The notes: generated from the letters alone by a model not told the origin. Shown: positions 1 through 9,995, numbered from the stretch's first letter. The stretch is DNA of 64,000 nucleotides from Trichormus sp. ATA11-4-KO1 (GCA_019358915.1 JAHHIM010000002.1:96001-160000), one strand, 5' to 3'. A program made the numbers and translations.

Positions 1-45
1 GCAATCAGGTAAACAGATACCCCCAAATATTGCATAAATAAATTT

Positions 46-88
46 TGGAGTGAGGATTTATTAGATACAACCTAAAATCCTCACTCCA
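46..88. terminator. 14-bp perfect inverted repeat downstream of sds
   Basis: TGGAGTGAGGATTT (46-59) / AAATCCTCACTCCA (75-88); weak U-tract. Confidence 0.5.
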
Positions 89-174
89 TCTGGGAAAGTT
101 TTTTTAAATTACGAAAACCCCGGCAGCAAAATTTCCGCAAAATTTTAAATTTTAAATTTAAAATCCCTAATTGG

Positions 175-1146
175 TTAACATAGCCGACTAAGTACGTAGT
201 CAGCTATGTTAACCAATGCCTGCTGTGATTCGGAGGCTGGAAGAACAGCCAGATGATCAACCGCCAACTTGGCATGGTGAGCCGCTAATTCTCGCGCCTG
301 CTGTATGCCTTGACTATCTTGAATTAACTCCAGTGCTTGCTCTACATCTCCTTCTTGGGCAAACTTCCGTTCAATTAGCGCTTCCAGGTATGGTTTTTCC
401 TTTAAAGCAAACAATACAGGTGCAGTGAGATTACCGCTTTTGAGATCAGATCCGGCTGGTTTACCCAAAGTATCTGTTGTACTAGTGAAATCTAAAATAT
501 CATCCATAACCTGAAATGCCAGACCTAGATGACGACCGTAGTTGTACAGATGTTCGGCAGTTTCTAAGGAAACGTCACTAAGTAACCCAGCTGCTTTGGA
601 ACTGTTGGCAATTAACGAGGCTGCTTTGTAATAGCTCTTTTTTAGATAAGTTTCTATTGAGATGCCATGATCAAAACAATTTATTCCTTGCTGGATTTCT
701 CCAGTTGCCAGATCCATAATCACTTCTGAGAGTAGTTTCACCACCTCCAAATTGTCCAAGTTTGCTAAATACCAGGACGATTGGGCGAAGAGAAAATCTC
801 CTGCTAAGACAGCAACGCGATTACCGAACAGACTATGAACAGTAGGCACACCACGCCGCATTTGTGATTCATCTACCACATCGTCATGCACTAAGCTTGC
901 TGTGTGAATCATTTCCGTAATTTCTGCTAGGCGGCGGTGACGCGGCGTAATGTCTTGTTCTAACATTGTGGCCCGCGATATCAGCAGAACAATTGCTGGC
1001 CTAATACGCTTTCCCCCAGCTCCGAATAGATGTTCGGCTGCCATAAAGAGAATGGGGTGGCGATTTCCAACTAACTGCTTGAGGTTATCTGCTAGTAGTC
1101 GCAGGTCTGCTTCCACAGGGGTAAACAGGGAGGTGGCTGGGGTCAT
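175..1146 (-). CDS. sds: Solanesyl diphosphate synthase (trans-prenyltransferase)
   Basis: GGKRIRP, HDDVVD..RRG and FQVMDDILD motifs. Confidence 0.93.
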   Translation of the reverse strand: MTPATSLFTPVEADLRLLADNLKQLVGNRHPILFMAAEHLFGAGGKRIRPAIVLLISRATMLEQDITPRHRRLAEITEMIHTASLVHDDVVDESQMRRGVPTVHSLFGNRVAVLAGDFLFAQSSWYLANLDNLEVVKLLSEVIMDLATGEIQQGINCFDHGISIETYLKKSYYKAASLIANSSKAAGLLSDVSLETAEHLYNYGRHLGLAFQVMDDILDFTSTTDTLGKPAGSDLKSGNLTAPVLFALKEKPYLEALIERKFAQEGDVEQALELIQDSQGIQQARELAAHHAKLAVDHLAVLPASESQQALVNIADYVLSRLC

Positions 1147-1689
1147 GGATGGGCGGACTCTGGCTTAGGTTACGAAAGTTTACATATCCTATACTCATTT
1201 TAAGATAACCCAGTGCGAGCGTAAAATTTTGATTAGAGAATACTCGTCTATTCGCCGTTTGTTCTTCACACACAGTTAAGGATAAAGTCCTTGCAATCAC
1301 TGCTACAGCTATATTTTCTCCTGAGAAAAATCTTATGTTAATCAGGTCAACAATTTTTTGGTGGCTATCATCTGTTGTTGCACAAATTAAGAAAATAAAA
1401 CTTGCTTAAATACATTTGTATCTATTAATACTGCTTAATAAGTAGTATATCTATGGAAATACAAACATATGCTTGTTTTTGCCCAAAATTGATTTTTGAT
1501 AATAATTATTTATAGGTTTTGATAAGCACCTTACTTACGAAAAATCACTTTTAACTTAATATAATTTATACATAAGCTGTTTTTAGATAAGACTAAGTTC
1601 TCTCAGCTTAGTTTTTAGCCCTCTAGGAAATTTGAAATTTCGCTCCAAAGTTGGCTGAAAACTCAGGAGCATTGTGCTACGCTAAAATC

Positions 1690-2140
1690 TAGGGATTTTA
1701 AATTTTTCAGTTACTCATTCTCCAAAGGTAAGCCACCTTTAGGTAGTTTTACCTACATGGTTTTGAGGATCTAAAATAAGTCGTCGCCGTAGAAGGGAAT
1801 TCAGGAAAATATTCCTTCGTTCTTTGCTTCGGCAGTTGAGCCTTTTGGGATAGAGTTTTGCGGTATCCTTATGGTTATTCGCAGCAAGCTTTTAGCGTGT
1901 GTTGAACGCTAAGGCTGCTCTTGTCATAGAGGTATGCCCGAAATTAATGCAGACTAGGTAGACTGCTGAAGAGTGCAGTTGAATTGCTTTTGGGCAATTT
2001 ATTTAACTGTTGTGGTGTGTGTGGTCTGCAAAAAAACTCGGTTCAATAAATATCTAGTTGACCGTAGAGAACTATTATTTTACGGAAAAATCTAGTATAG
2101 CAAACTACAGCCATCAAGAAGGCTCTTGGTTGGTTGAATT
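1690..2140 (+). ncRNA. Candidate long structured RNA or 5' leader
   Basis: At least 7 stem-loops with G-U pairs favouring the + strand; C(UUCG)G loop at 1827-1832; possible CTGAAA-N17-TACGCT promoter at 1655-1683. Confidence 0.5.
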
Positions 2141-2193
2141 TCTACTAATTTTACAAAATTTCATATTCCTTTAAGCAAGGTGCTGGTAGAACG

Positions 2194-2391
2194 ATGATTT
2201 ACGGGAAGATGCCTATGTTGATTTTTATTTTAGCTGCTGGTTATTTGTTCACAGTCTACCTATTACTAGCTCTGGCAAAGCGCACTGGCAAAAAATCTCC
2301 TCCTAGAAATTTACCTGCGGCAAACCCAGGACAACGCAAACCAGATGTGTCGGTAACTTCCAAGGTAACTGAGGTGGTCAATAGTCAATAG
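2194..2391 (+). CDS. Small protein with one N-terminal hydrophobic helix and basic tail (alternative starts 2209/2215)
   Basis: MLIFILAAGYLFTVYLLLALAKRTGKK; followed by a hairpin. Confidence 0.6.
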   Translation: MIYGKMPMLIFILAAGYLFTVYLLLALAKRTGKKSPPRNLPAANPGQRKPDVSVTSKVTEVVNSQ

Positions 2392-2410
2392 ACCAAAACG
2401 GCTGGGCAAA

Positions 2411-2447
2411 AGTCAATAGTCAAAATATTGATAATTGACTATTGACT
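2411..2447. terminator. STRR-derived inverted repeat between convergent genes
   Basis: AGTCAATAGTCAA / TTGACTATTGACT, 13 bp perfect. Confidence 0.6.
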
Positions 2448-2464
2448 AATTATCTCACACAGTT

Positions 2465-3331
2465 TTAGTAAACTTGGGAAACTGCAATATCTGTGAAATC
2501 TACAACCTCAACCATGGGAGTATGTCCTAGCCATTGCACACCGGATTGAGCAAACTGTTGTGGACAACCACTGACGGCAAAACGAGTTGGTAATGGGGGA
2601 TAGGTATTGTTTAAGCCGAGTAGATCTAACTCTTGAGTACAAGCCGCCACTACATGAACAGCTGGGTCAATTAGTTTGACATGAAGAGGGAGAAGCGATC
2701 GCAGTACGGGTGCGAGATGGGGATAATGAGTACAGCCGTAGACTAAAGTATCAATTTCTTGCTGTAGTAAAGGCTCTAAATAAGAGCGTGCTACTTCAGT
2801 AGTGTAGGGGTCATGTATCCGATTTTGCTCAATAAGTGGCACAAACTCTGGACAACTGACTTGCCAGACTTGGACATTTGGATCAATTTCCAGAATAGCG
2901 TGCCGATAGGCATTGCTTTTGGCTGTAGCTGGGGTAGCAATCACACCAATACGCTTTCCTTGCTGCACTGCTGCTTTGGCTCCTGGGAGAATGACTCCGA
3001 GGATGGGTATACTAAATTCCCCACGTACTATTTCTAGTGCTAGGGCAGAACTAGTATTACAAGCCATGACCACCATCTTCACACGTTGCTGTTGCATCCA
3101 TCTCAGGATTTCGCGCACATACTGTAATATCTCTGCTTGTGAGCGAATCCCATAAGGCAGTCGAGCTGTGTCTCCAAAGTAAATAATAGATTCATTGGGG
3201 AGATGGCGATAGAGTTGTCGCAGTACCGTCAGCCCACCCACACCACTGTCAAAAACGCCAATTGGGGCACGTTGAGGCTCTTTATCAGCAAAATCGTCAA
3301 GATGACCTTCAAACATAGAAGTTGAATACAC
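2465..3331 (-). CDS. murI: Glutamate racemase
   Basis: FDSGVGGLTV, ACNTSS and GCTHYP motifs. Confidence 0.96.
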   Translation of the reverse strand: MYSTSMFEGHLDDFADKEPQRAPIGVFDSGVGGLTVLRQLYRHLPNESIIYFGDTARLPYGIRSQAEILQYVREILRWMQQQRVKMVVMACNTSSALALEIVRGEFSIPILGVILPGAKAAVQQGKRIGVIATPATAKSNAYRHAILEIDPNVQVWQVSCPEFVPLIEQNRIHDPYTTEVARSYLEPLLQQEIDTLVYGCTHYPHLAPVLRSLLPLHVKLIDPAVHVVAACTQELDLLGLNNTYPPLPTRFAVSGCPQQFAQSGVQWLGHTPMVEVVDFTDIAVSQVY

Positions 3332-3443
3332 AGGTAGATATTGATTTAAGTTTTTAGCTTTAAAATACAGAATTTAGCAGAGAATTTGCTAACTGACCAC
3401 TAAATTACACCCGTTTACTTAATTAGTAGTTGGGACTACATTT

Positions 3444-5330
3444 TTATCTTTGCTGTAAGTACTTGAGGATACCATCAGCGATCGCCTCTGCTATCCGATT
3501 TTGGTATTCTGGTGTTCCCAATCTGGGATTGTCTTCCCTACCAGTCATGTAGCCTGTTTCCACTAAAATCGAGGGCATAGAACTTTTTCTGAGAACATAA
3601 AATCTAGCTTTCCGTACTTTCCGGTCTTTAATAGTACCGATATTCTGAAGAATGTTATTGTGAACAACTTCAGCTAGACGATAACCGCTTTCATAATAAT
3701 ATGTCTCTAATCCATTCACCGCAGGGCGACCATCAACTGAATTAGCGTGAATGCTGACGAATAAAGTCGCATTGGCTCGCTCGGCAATATCTACTCGTCC
3801 CTGAAGTTCTACAAAAAAGTCAGAATTCCTCGTTAAAACTGCTTGTACGCCATTTTGTTCTAAAATTGACGCTACCTTTTTACCGATAGGCAAAACTACA
3901 TCCTTTTCTAGCAGTCCACCCAAACCGGGAGCGCCTGAGTCTTTACCGCCATGTCCAGGGTCAATGACTACTAGTAATTTTCCTTTGGGATTTGAGGGGC
4001 GAGGCTCTGGTTGAGGATTGTCTATAGTTGTCGGATTTGGTAGCGGTAGAGGAGGTAAAGCAACCGGAGGGGTGATTCCCCGAGAGCCTTGTAATTGTAA
4101 AGCCAACAATTGACTGTTGATTTGGTTAATTTCCCCAATTTGGACTCCGGTTGCTGGTTGAACCAATACAATCACAGTATTAGATGGTTGTGTTTGTAAG
4201 CGCACTCGCAGGATGGGGCTATTAGCACTAAGAGCCGGGCCAGTAACTTTGGCAGCTAACTTAGCATTAGGGATAATGATGCGGAACAAACCAGAGGATC
4301 TATCCCATCCACCAGTGGCAGATATAGCTTGGTCAGCACGAATCAGCAGTTGTGTATTATTACCAGTTAATTCTACGGACTGAATGGTGGCTAAGGAGTT
4401 GGTAATAGGTAGTGTAGAACTAGTATTATTACTATCAGCCAATCTGGCGATACTACGACTGGGCAAAATCACGAACCCACCCACACTACTCGTAGTTGCC
4501 CGCCAGTCTGGGCTATTTTTATCCACCTGCAATGTCATTCGCACAGTTAATATTTGTGCTTGCAGTTGGGTAAATTGGATGTAGCTGACACCATAACGAT
4601 TAATGGGCAAATCCTGTTGTCCCAAGTTAGGGGATAAGGAAGCGCCAGAAATATCAATATTAATTGTCTTTTTGTCTTGACTGCGGTTAATTTGAATTTG
4701 AGGATTACCACCACTAGTGCGGACGAAAAATCCATCGCCTGTAACTCGTAAGTTTTCAATTTGAGTCACTGCTGCTACAGTATCGACAACCGATTCTTTT
4801 TTATCTGCTGTGTCAGAGCCTGTTGTCACTACATTGTAAATATTTCTTGGGGAAAGCGTTGGTGTTGATGTTCTTGTTGTTGCCGATGAAGGAGAAAGTT
4901 CTTGCCGCAGTGCAGTTTCTGTTGACGCAACTCCTGCCTCAACTTCTGGAGTTGGTAATTGGACAATCCAACGACTGGGAGTTACACCTACAAATTTCAC
5001 CTGTTGGGGGTCTAGGGTATAGTCAGGATTGAGTTCAACGACTAGGCGCGTGGTTTGGGGGTCAAACTGCCCCACACGAATAGCCCGAATCGCACCGCCT
5101 ACCTGTTGCGTTAACTGCGGACGCCCAAATGTCGTGTTTGGTAAATCAATTACCAGCCGTGTGGGGTTGAATATTAATTGTGCCTGGGGTTGAACAGCGT
5201 CTGAAGTGTTAATTTCCAGGCGATTTTGATTGGCATCAAACCGCCAAGATTCTAGTTTCGCTGCTAAAGCCGGCGACGATAGTAAGACGATACTCCCCAC
5301 AGTACTGGGTAGTAACCAGTGTAATTTCAC
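3444..5330 (-). CDS. amiC2: N-acetylmuramoyl-L-alanine amidase with AMIN domains (septal amidase)
   Basis: Signal peptide, AMIN RLVIDLP, Amidase_3 motifs IDPGHGG/SIHAN/LVETG; directly upstream of murI. Confidence 0.88.
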   Translation of the reverse strand: MKLHWLLPSTVGSIVLLSSPALAAKLESWRFDANQNRLEINTSDAVQPQAQLIFNPTRLVIDLPNTTFGRPQLTQQVGGAIRAIRVGQFDPQTTRLVVELNPDYTLDPQQVKFVGVTPSRWIVQLPTPEVEAGVASTETALRQELSPSSATTRTSTPTLSPRNIYNVVTTGSDTADKKESVVDTVAAVTQIENLRVTGDGFFVRTSGGNPQIQINRSQDKKTINIDISGASLSPNLGQQDLPINRYGVSYIQFTQLQAQILTVRMTLQVDKNSPDWRATTSSVGGFVILPSRSIARLADSNNTSSTLPITNSLATIQSVELTGNNTQLLIRADQAISATGGWDRSSGLFRIIIPNAKLAAKVTGPALSANSPILRVRLQTQPSNTVIVLVQPATGVQIGEINQINSQLLALQLQGSRGITPPVALPPLPLPNPTTIDNPQPEPRPSNPKGKLLVVIDPGHGGKDSGAPGLGGLLEKDVVLPIGKKVASILEQNGVQAVLTRNSDFFVELQGRVDIAERANATLFVSIHANSVDGRPAVNGLETYYYESGYRLAEVVHNNILQNIGTIKDRKVRKARFYVLRKSSMPSILVETGYMTGREDNPRLGTPEYQNRIAEAIADGILKYLQQR

Positions 5331-5369
5331 AAATTTTTCTCCTGATTCGCGTTGATCATAATTGGCAAA

Positions 5370-5378
5370 TCCTCACAC
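5370..5378 (-). promoter_or_regulatory. Yfr1 sRNA seed-complementary site in the amiC2 5'UTR
   Basis: mRNA reads GUGUGAGGA about 40 nt upstream of the start codon, complementary to the Yfr1 motif ACUCCUCACAC. Confidence 0.7.
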
Positions 5379-5663
5379 CGTCACCGCCTAAACTTAGCCT
5401 GGAAAAGGAAATTCTAATCTGCGGCTTTCACAGATTAGAACTTCCCTGGCAGCAAAAAAAGTTTTCGCTGGTATTAAAGCCACTACTAATGGCGTAAAAT
5501 TATATCACACTTGTTTAATTTTGCTATCCTGCGAAGGCAATAAAAAATGGCAGGCGCAGCATGAGATGACACCAAATAAGAGCTAATCAGAATTAATCAC
5601 ACATATTTACTTTTAGTTAATCACATGCAAAATCAGATAGGTTATTGGTGTTGAGTTGTTTAT

Positions 5664-5820
5664 AGGACTTACGCACACGCAACGAATTCTTCTCTTCGAG
5701 ACGCTTCGCGTACCCTTCGGGAAGCAAGCTACATACACGTAGTCTCTCGTAGAGAAGGCGTTCTATAGGAGAAGGGCGGTGCGATAAATTAAACTTTTTG
5801 GCTAGTTTTGCGTAAGTCCT
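5664..5820. mobile_element. MITE-like element with nested small dispersed repeats
   Basis: 12-bp perfect TIR AGGACTTACGCA (5664-5675) / TGCGTAAGTCCT (5809-5820); no transposase ORF. Confidence 0.7.
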
Positions 5821-5918
5821 GATTTAATTGCTGGTAATTAATGTACCCAAAAAAATTACGTTAATGTCAACTAGTGAAGCAAAACTGAAAACAGCCACCT
5901 CCTGGTAGACTTAATTAT

Positions 5919-7802
5919 TTATCTTCGTTGTAAATACTGAAGAATACCACGAGCGATCGCATCCGCCATTTGATTTTGGTGAGCTGTGGTTCTGAGTCTA
6001 GCAGCATCCTCTCGACCAGTAACAAAACCTACTTCTACCAAAACCGAGGGCATGGAACTTCGTCGAAGGACATAAAATCTGGCTCGTCGCACTCCTCTGT
6101 CTCTGACATTCGCACCTTGAAGAATGCTGCGATGAATCGCGCGAGCTAAACTTTGCCCACTGTCGTAATAATATGTTTCCAAACCATTGACATCCGGACG
6201 ACTCAAACTAATGGCATTAGCATGGATGCTAACAAATAAATCAGCGTTAGCTCTTTCTGCTAAATTTACTCGTCCCTGAAGGCTAACAAAATAGTCAGAA
6301 TCCCGCGTTAGTACTGCTTGTACACCATTTTTCTGCAAAATTTCTGCGACCCTTTTGCTGATAGGCAGGATGACATCTTTCTCGCGCAACCCGCCAATAC
6401 CAACGGCTCCTGGGTCTTTACCACCGTGTCCGGGGTCAATCATCACGACAACTCTGCCTCGAGGTGCTGGTCGTGGAGTTGGCTGGGTTGTTGGTCGAGG
6501 GGGAGCGTTGGGATCTGGTAATTGCCCTTGGTTAGGTGGTGGTAGGGGAGGTAGGGCTAATGGGGGGGTGATCCGGCGAGAGCCTTGTAATTGTAGAGCT
6601 AATACCTGGTTGCTAATTTGGTTGAGTTGCCCAATTTGCACTCCTGCGGCTGGTTGAACTAAGACAATCACTGTATTGTCTTGAGGTTGCAGGCGGACCC
6701 TCAAGATGGGACTATTAGCATTAAAAGCTGGACCTGTAACGTTGGGAGCTAACTTAGCATTGGGAATAGCAATCCGGAATAAACCAGAGGATCTATCCCA
6801 TCCACTAGTGGCAGATACATTTTTATCGGCTCTAATCAGTAATTGCGTCCCATTATTAGCTAATTCCACAGCCTGAATTGTGGCTGGAGAGTTGCTGGCA
6901 AGTGGTCTGTTGGGAGTGGTAACAGGTGTAGGCTGATTATTTTGTGAATTGTCGGAACTATTATTATTGTTACCAGGTAATCTGACAACACGAGTAGGTA
7001 AAACCACCAAACCACCAGCACTACTATTAGTTACCCGCCAATCTGGGCTATTTTTATCCACCCGCATAGTCATGCGGACACCAGGTGTTTGGGTTTGCAG
7101 TGGAGTGAATTCGACGCGACTCACACCATGTCTGTTAATTTGATTATTTTGCTTTGTCAGACTTGGTGATAAACTCGCACCAGCGATGTCCATAAAAATG
7201 GTACTGCGATCGCGGCTGCGATTTACCTTAACTTGAGGATTGCCGCCGTTAGTACGGACGAAAAATCCATCTCCTGTTACCTGTAAGTTCTCAATTTGAG
7301 TTGTTCCTGGTGTAGCGCTGGCAACTTTAGTAGAAAACTCCGGTTTATTCCCAGTATCAGAGTCAATGGTAACCACATTGTAAATCTCTCTGGTGGAAGA
7401 TTCTGCTTGCTCTGCTGTTGGCGTTGGTAATTGTACCCGCCATCGACTAGGAGTCACACCTTCAAATTTCACCTGCTGGGGGTCTAGAGTGTAGCCAGGA
7501 TTAAGTTCAACGACTATGCGCGTTGTTTGGGGGTCAAACTGTCCTACACGGACGGCGCGAACGGCACCACCTACCTGTTGCGTTAACTGCGGACGCCCAA
7601 ATATGGTGCCTGGCAAATCAATTACCAGACGCGTGGGGTTAAAGACCAGTTGTGCTTGGGGTTGAACAGCGCCTGAAGTGTTAATTTCCAGACGATTTTG
7701 ATTAGCATCAAAACGCCAAGATTCTAGTTTCGCTGCCAAAGCCGGCGACGATAGTAAGACGATACTTCCAACAGTACTGGGTAGTAACCAGTGTAATTTC
7801 AC
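5919..7802 (-). CDS. amiC1: N-acetylmuramoyl-L-alanine amidase with AMIN domains
   Basis: Paralog of the downstream gene; IDPGHGG/SIHAN/LVEVG. Confidence 0.88.
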   Translation of the reverse strand: MKLHWLLPSTVGSIVLLSSPALAAKLESWRFDANQNRLEINTSGAVQPQAQLVFNPTRLVIDLPGTIFGRPQLTQQVGGAVRAVRVGQFDPQTTRIVVELNPGYTLDPQQVKFEGVTPSRWRVQLPTPTAEQAESSTREIYNVVTIDSDTGNKPEFSTKVASATPGTTQIENLQVTGDGFFVRTNGGNPQVKVNRSRDRSTIFMDIAGASLSPSLTKQNNQINRHGVSRVEFTPLQTQTPGVRMTMRVDKNSPDWRVTNSSAGGLVVLPTRVVRLPGNNNNSSDNSQNNQPTPVTTPNRPLASNSPATIQAVELANNGTQLLIRADKNVSATSGWDRSSGLFRIAIPNAKLAPNVTGPAFNANSPILRVRLQPQDNTVIVLVQPAAGVQIGQLNQISNQVLALQLQGSRRITPPLALPPLPPPNQGQLPDPNAPPRPTTQPTPRPAPRGRVVVMIDPGHGGKDPGAVGIGGLREKDVILPISKRVAEILQKNGVQAVLTRDSDYFVSLQGRVNLAERANADLFVSIHANAISLSRPDVNGLETYYYDSGQSLARAIHRSILQGANVRDRGVRRARFYVLRRSSMPSVLVEVGFVTGREDAARLRTTAHQNQMADAIARGILQYLQRR

Positions 7803-8394
7803 AATTCTTTCTCCTGATTCGCGTTCATGGGAGCCATCAATATCTCAACATATTGGCAAATCGTCATACTGTCACAACCTAATCTTTCGCTTTGATACTT
7901 CTAGGGCTTTTGTACTTTTATATAAGTACAATTAACGACGTAAATTGCTAGTATGCCTGCTAATTTTTTCATTTTATCAGGTCATAAGCATCACGCCTGC
8001 CAAGCATTAGATGCAACAACAGTATTACTAGAATTAACCACAATCAGTTAATTCTAGTCAGTGATACTTGACTTAGCCAGAAATGGTTGTTGAGTTGTTG
8101 AATTGCTGGCAATCAATGTCTTGATTAAAAAATTCCAACTACTTTTAACTGATGTGGTAAAAATTGTGCTCACTAATTTCTAATTGCTGAAAAATATCTA
8201 AATTAACACTGGAAAGTAGAGGAAAACTGGCAACAGGTAACATTCCGAATGCTAGTAGTAATTAGACAAAAACTCAAATTGTCAATCTCCAAGGACGGAG
8301 ATTTGGAGATAGAAGTTTCCAGAGGCTAGGGATTGGGTATGGGGCATTGCTCATTCTCCTTGTCCCTCCCCATTTCCCTAGTTCCTCAAGATCC

Positions 8395-9882
8395 TCAGGT
8401 TTTTGACGACTTATCCCCCTCTGGGGTGTCTTCTCGATTGCCAGCATCATTTGCGCCAGCCACGATTGATTGAGGTTGTTCTACGAGCAACGGTGTCCCA
8501 GTTACACCGTCTAAAATCAGTTTTTCTGAGTCTTTTACCACATTGTCTGAATCTGGAAATACGAAACGTAACAGTGGAGGAGCTAAAAAGGTAGTGAGAA
8601 TAACCATCATGATAATTGCTGCTCCTAGTGATTTAGAGAGAACACCACTGGCAGCACCAACACCAGCGAACACCAACCCGACTTCACCCCTAGGAATCAT
8701 CCCCACACCAATTGCTAAACGGTTGATTTGGGGTTGACCAAACACGCTGAAACCTGTGATCACTTTACCAATAATGGCTACTGCAATCAGGAAAGTTGCC
8801 ATAATTAGACCTTCCCGGTTGCTGGGGATTGCTGGGTTCAATACTCCCAAGTCAGTTTTTGCCCCAACAGTCACAAAGAAAATCGGTACTAGGATATCAG
8901 CAATGGGAACAACTTGCCTTTGTAGTTCTTTGCGCTTATCGGTTTCCTCTAGGACTAAACCTGCTGCAAAAGCTCCCAAAATGGCTTCTAACTGAATAAT
9001 GGAGGCAAAGTATGCCATGACAAAGGCGAAAACAAATGCTGGTATTACCAGTTCGCCGCGCGTCTTGAGTTGGTCAGCGATCGCCACAAAGGTTTTATTG
9101 AAAACATTGCCTAAGACAATTGCACCAATGAGAAAACCACTGGCGCTAATAATCAAATAAATCACTTTGCTCACGTCTACCACGCCATCTTTGGCTAGGC
9201 TGGCAACTACGGCTAAGACGATGATTCCCAGTACGTCATCAATGACGGCAGCACCTAGAATAATCTGCCCTTCTTTGGAATTGAGCCTTCCTAGTTCTGA
9301 CAATACTTTGGAAGTAATACCAATACTAGTGGCGGTTAAAGCTGCCCCAGCGAAAATTGCTGGCACAGCACCGACACCAAACAAAGTCATCAGTCCCACA
9401 GTGCCTGCGGTAAAGGGTACTACTACCCCTACTACTGCCACAATGGAGGCTTGGATACCGACTGATATTAGGTCTTTTAAGTTCGACTCCAAACCAATTT
9501 CAAATAGCAGAATAATCACACCCAGTTCTGCCAAAACAGAAACGACCTCTGACTGTGCTTCAAATACTGCTGGAGTTGCTTCAGGAGTTAAACCGGCAGT
9601 AGTTTGCAAAAAGGTCATGACTAGAGAGTTAGAACTGTCTGTGCCACCTTCTGGAAACACCAACAGATGCAAAACTGAGATGCCTACTACCACACCTCCT
9701 AAGAGTTCACCTAAGACAGGCGGTAAACCCACTCGGTTAGATAATTCCCCACCAACTTTACTTGCTAGGTAAATTACAACTAAACTCAGTAGTACTGCTG
9801 CTAGTACCATTGAACTATCTGCTGTTTCTGTTGTACTAGCCAGCAGGGGAAAATATACGTTTACTGCATCTAAAAATTGCAT
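8395..9882 (-). CDS. Na+/H+ antiporter, CPA2 family (NhaS3-like)
   Basis: Many TM helices; LLFEIGLE, AAVIDD and PRGEVG motifs. Confidence 0.9.
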   Translation of the reverse strand: MQFLDAVNVYFPLLASTTETADSSMVLAAVLLSLVVIYLASKVGGELSNRVGLPPVLGELLGGVVVGISVLHLLVFPEGGTDSSNSLVMTFLQTTAGLTPEATPAVFEAQSEVVSVLAELGVIILLFEIGLESNLKDLISVGIQASIVAVVGVVVPFTAGTVGLMTLFGVGAVPAIFAGAALTATSIGITSKVLSELGRLNSKEGQIILGAAVIDDVLGIIVLAVVASLAKDGVVDVSKVIYLIISASGFLIGAIVLGNVFNKTFVAIADQLKTRGELVIPAFVFAFVMAYFASIIQLEAILGAFAAGLVLEETDKRKELQRQVVPIADILVPIFFVTVGAKTDLGVLNPAIPSNREGLIMATFLIAVAIIGKVITGFSVFGQPQINRLAIGVGMIPRGEVGLVFAGVGAASGVLSKSLGAAIIMMVILTTFLAPPLLRFVFPDSDNVVKDSEKLILDGVTGTPLLVEQPQSIVAGANDAGNREDTPEGDKSSKT

Positions 9883-9995
9883 GTGTTCTGCAAAAATCCT
9901 AATGTGTTCTGCGAAAATCCTTCTCTTTATTTTTACTCCTTTATGGAAAGCAACATATATTCACGTATATACGCATTGCTCACAGCAGGAATAAG

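Noticed and set aside
1690..2140. Assignment of the structured region to a known riboswitch (c-di-AMP, cobalamin, TPP, glutamine)
   Set aside because: I could not find the conserved core motifs of these families on either strand
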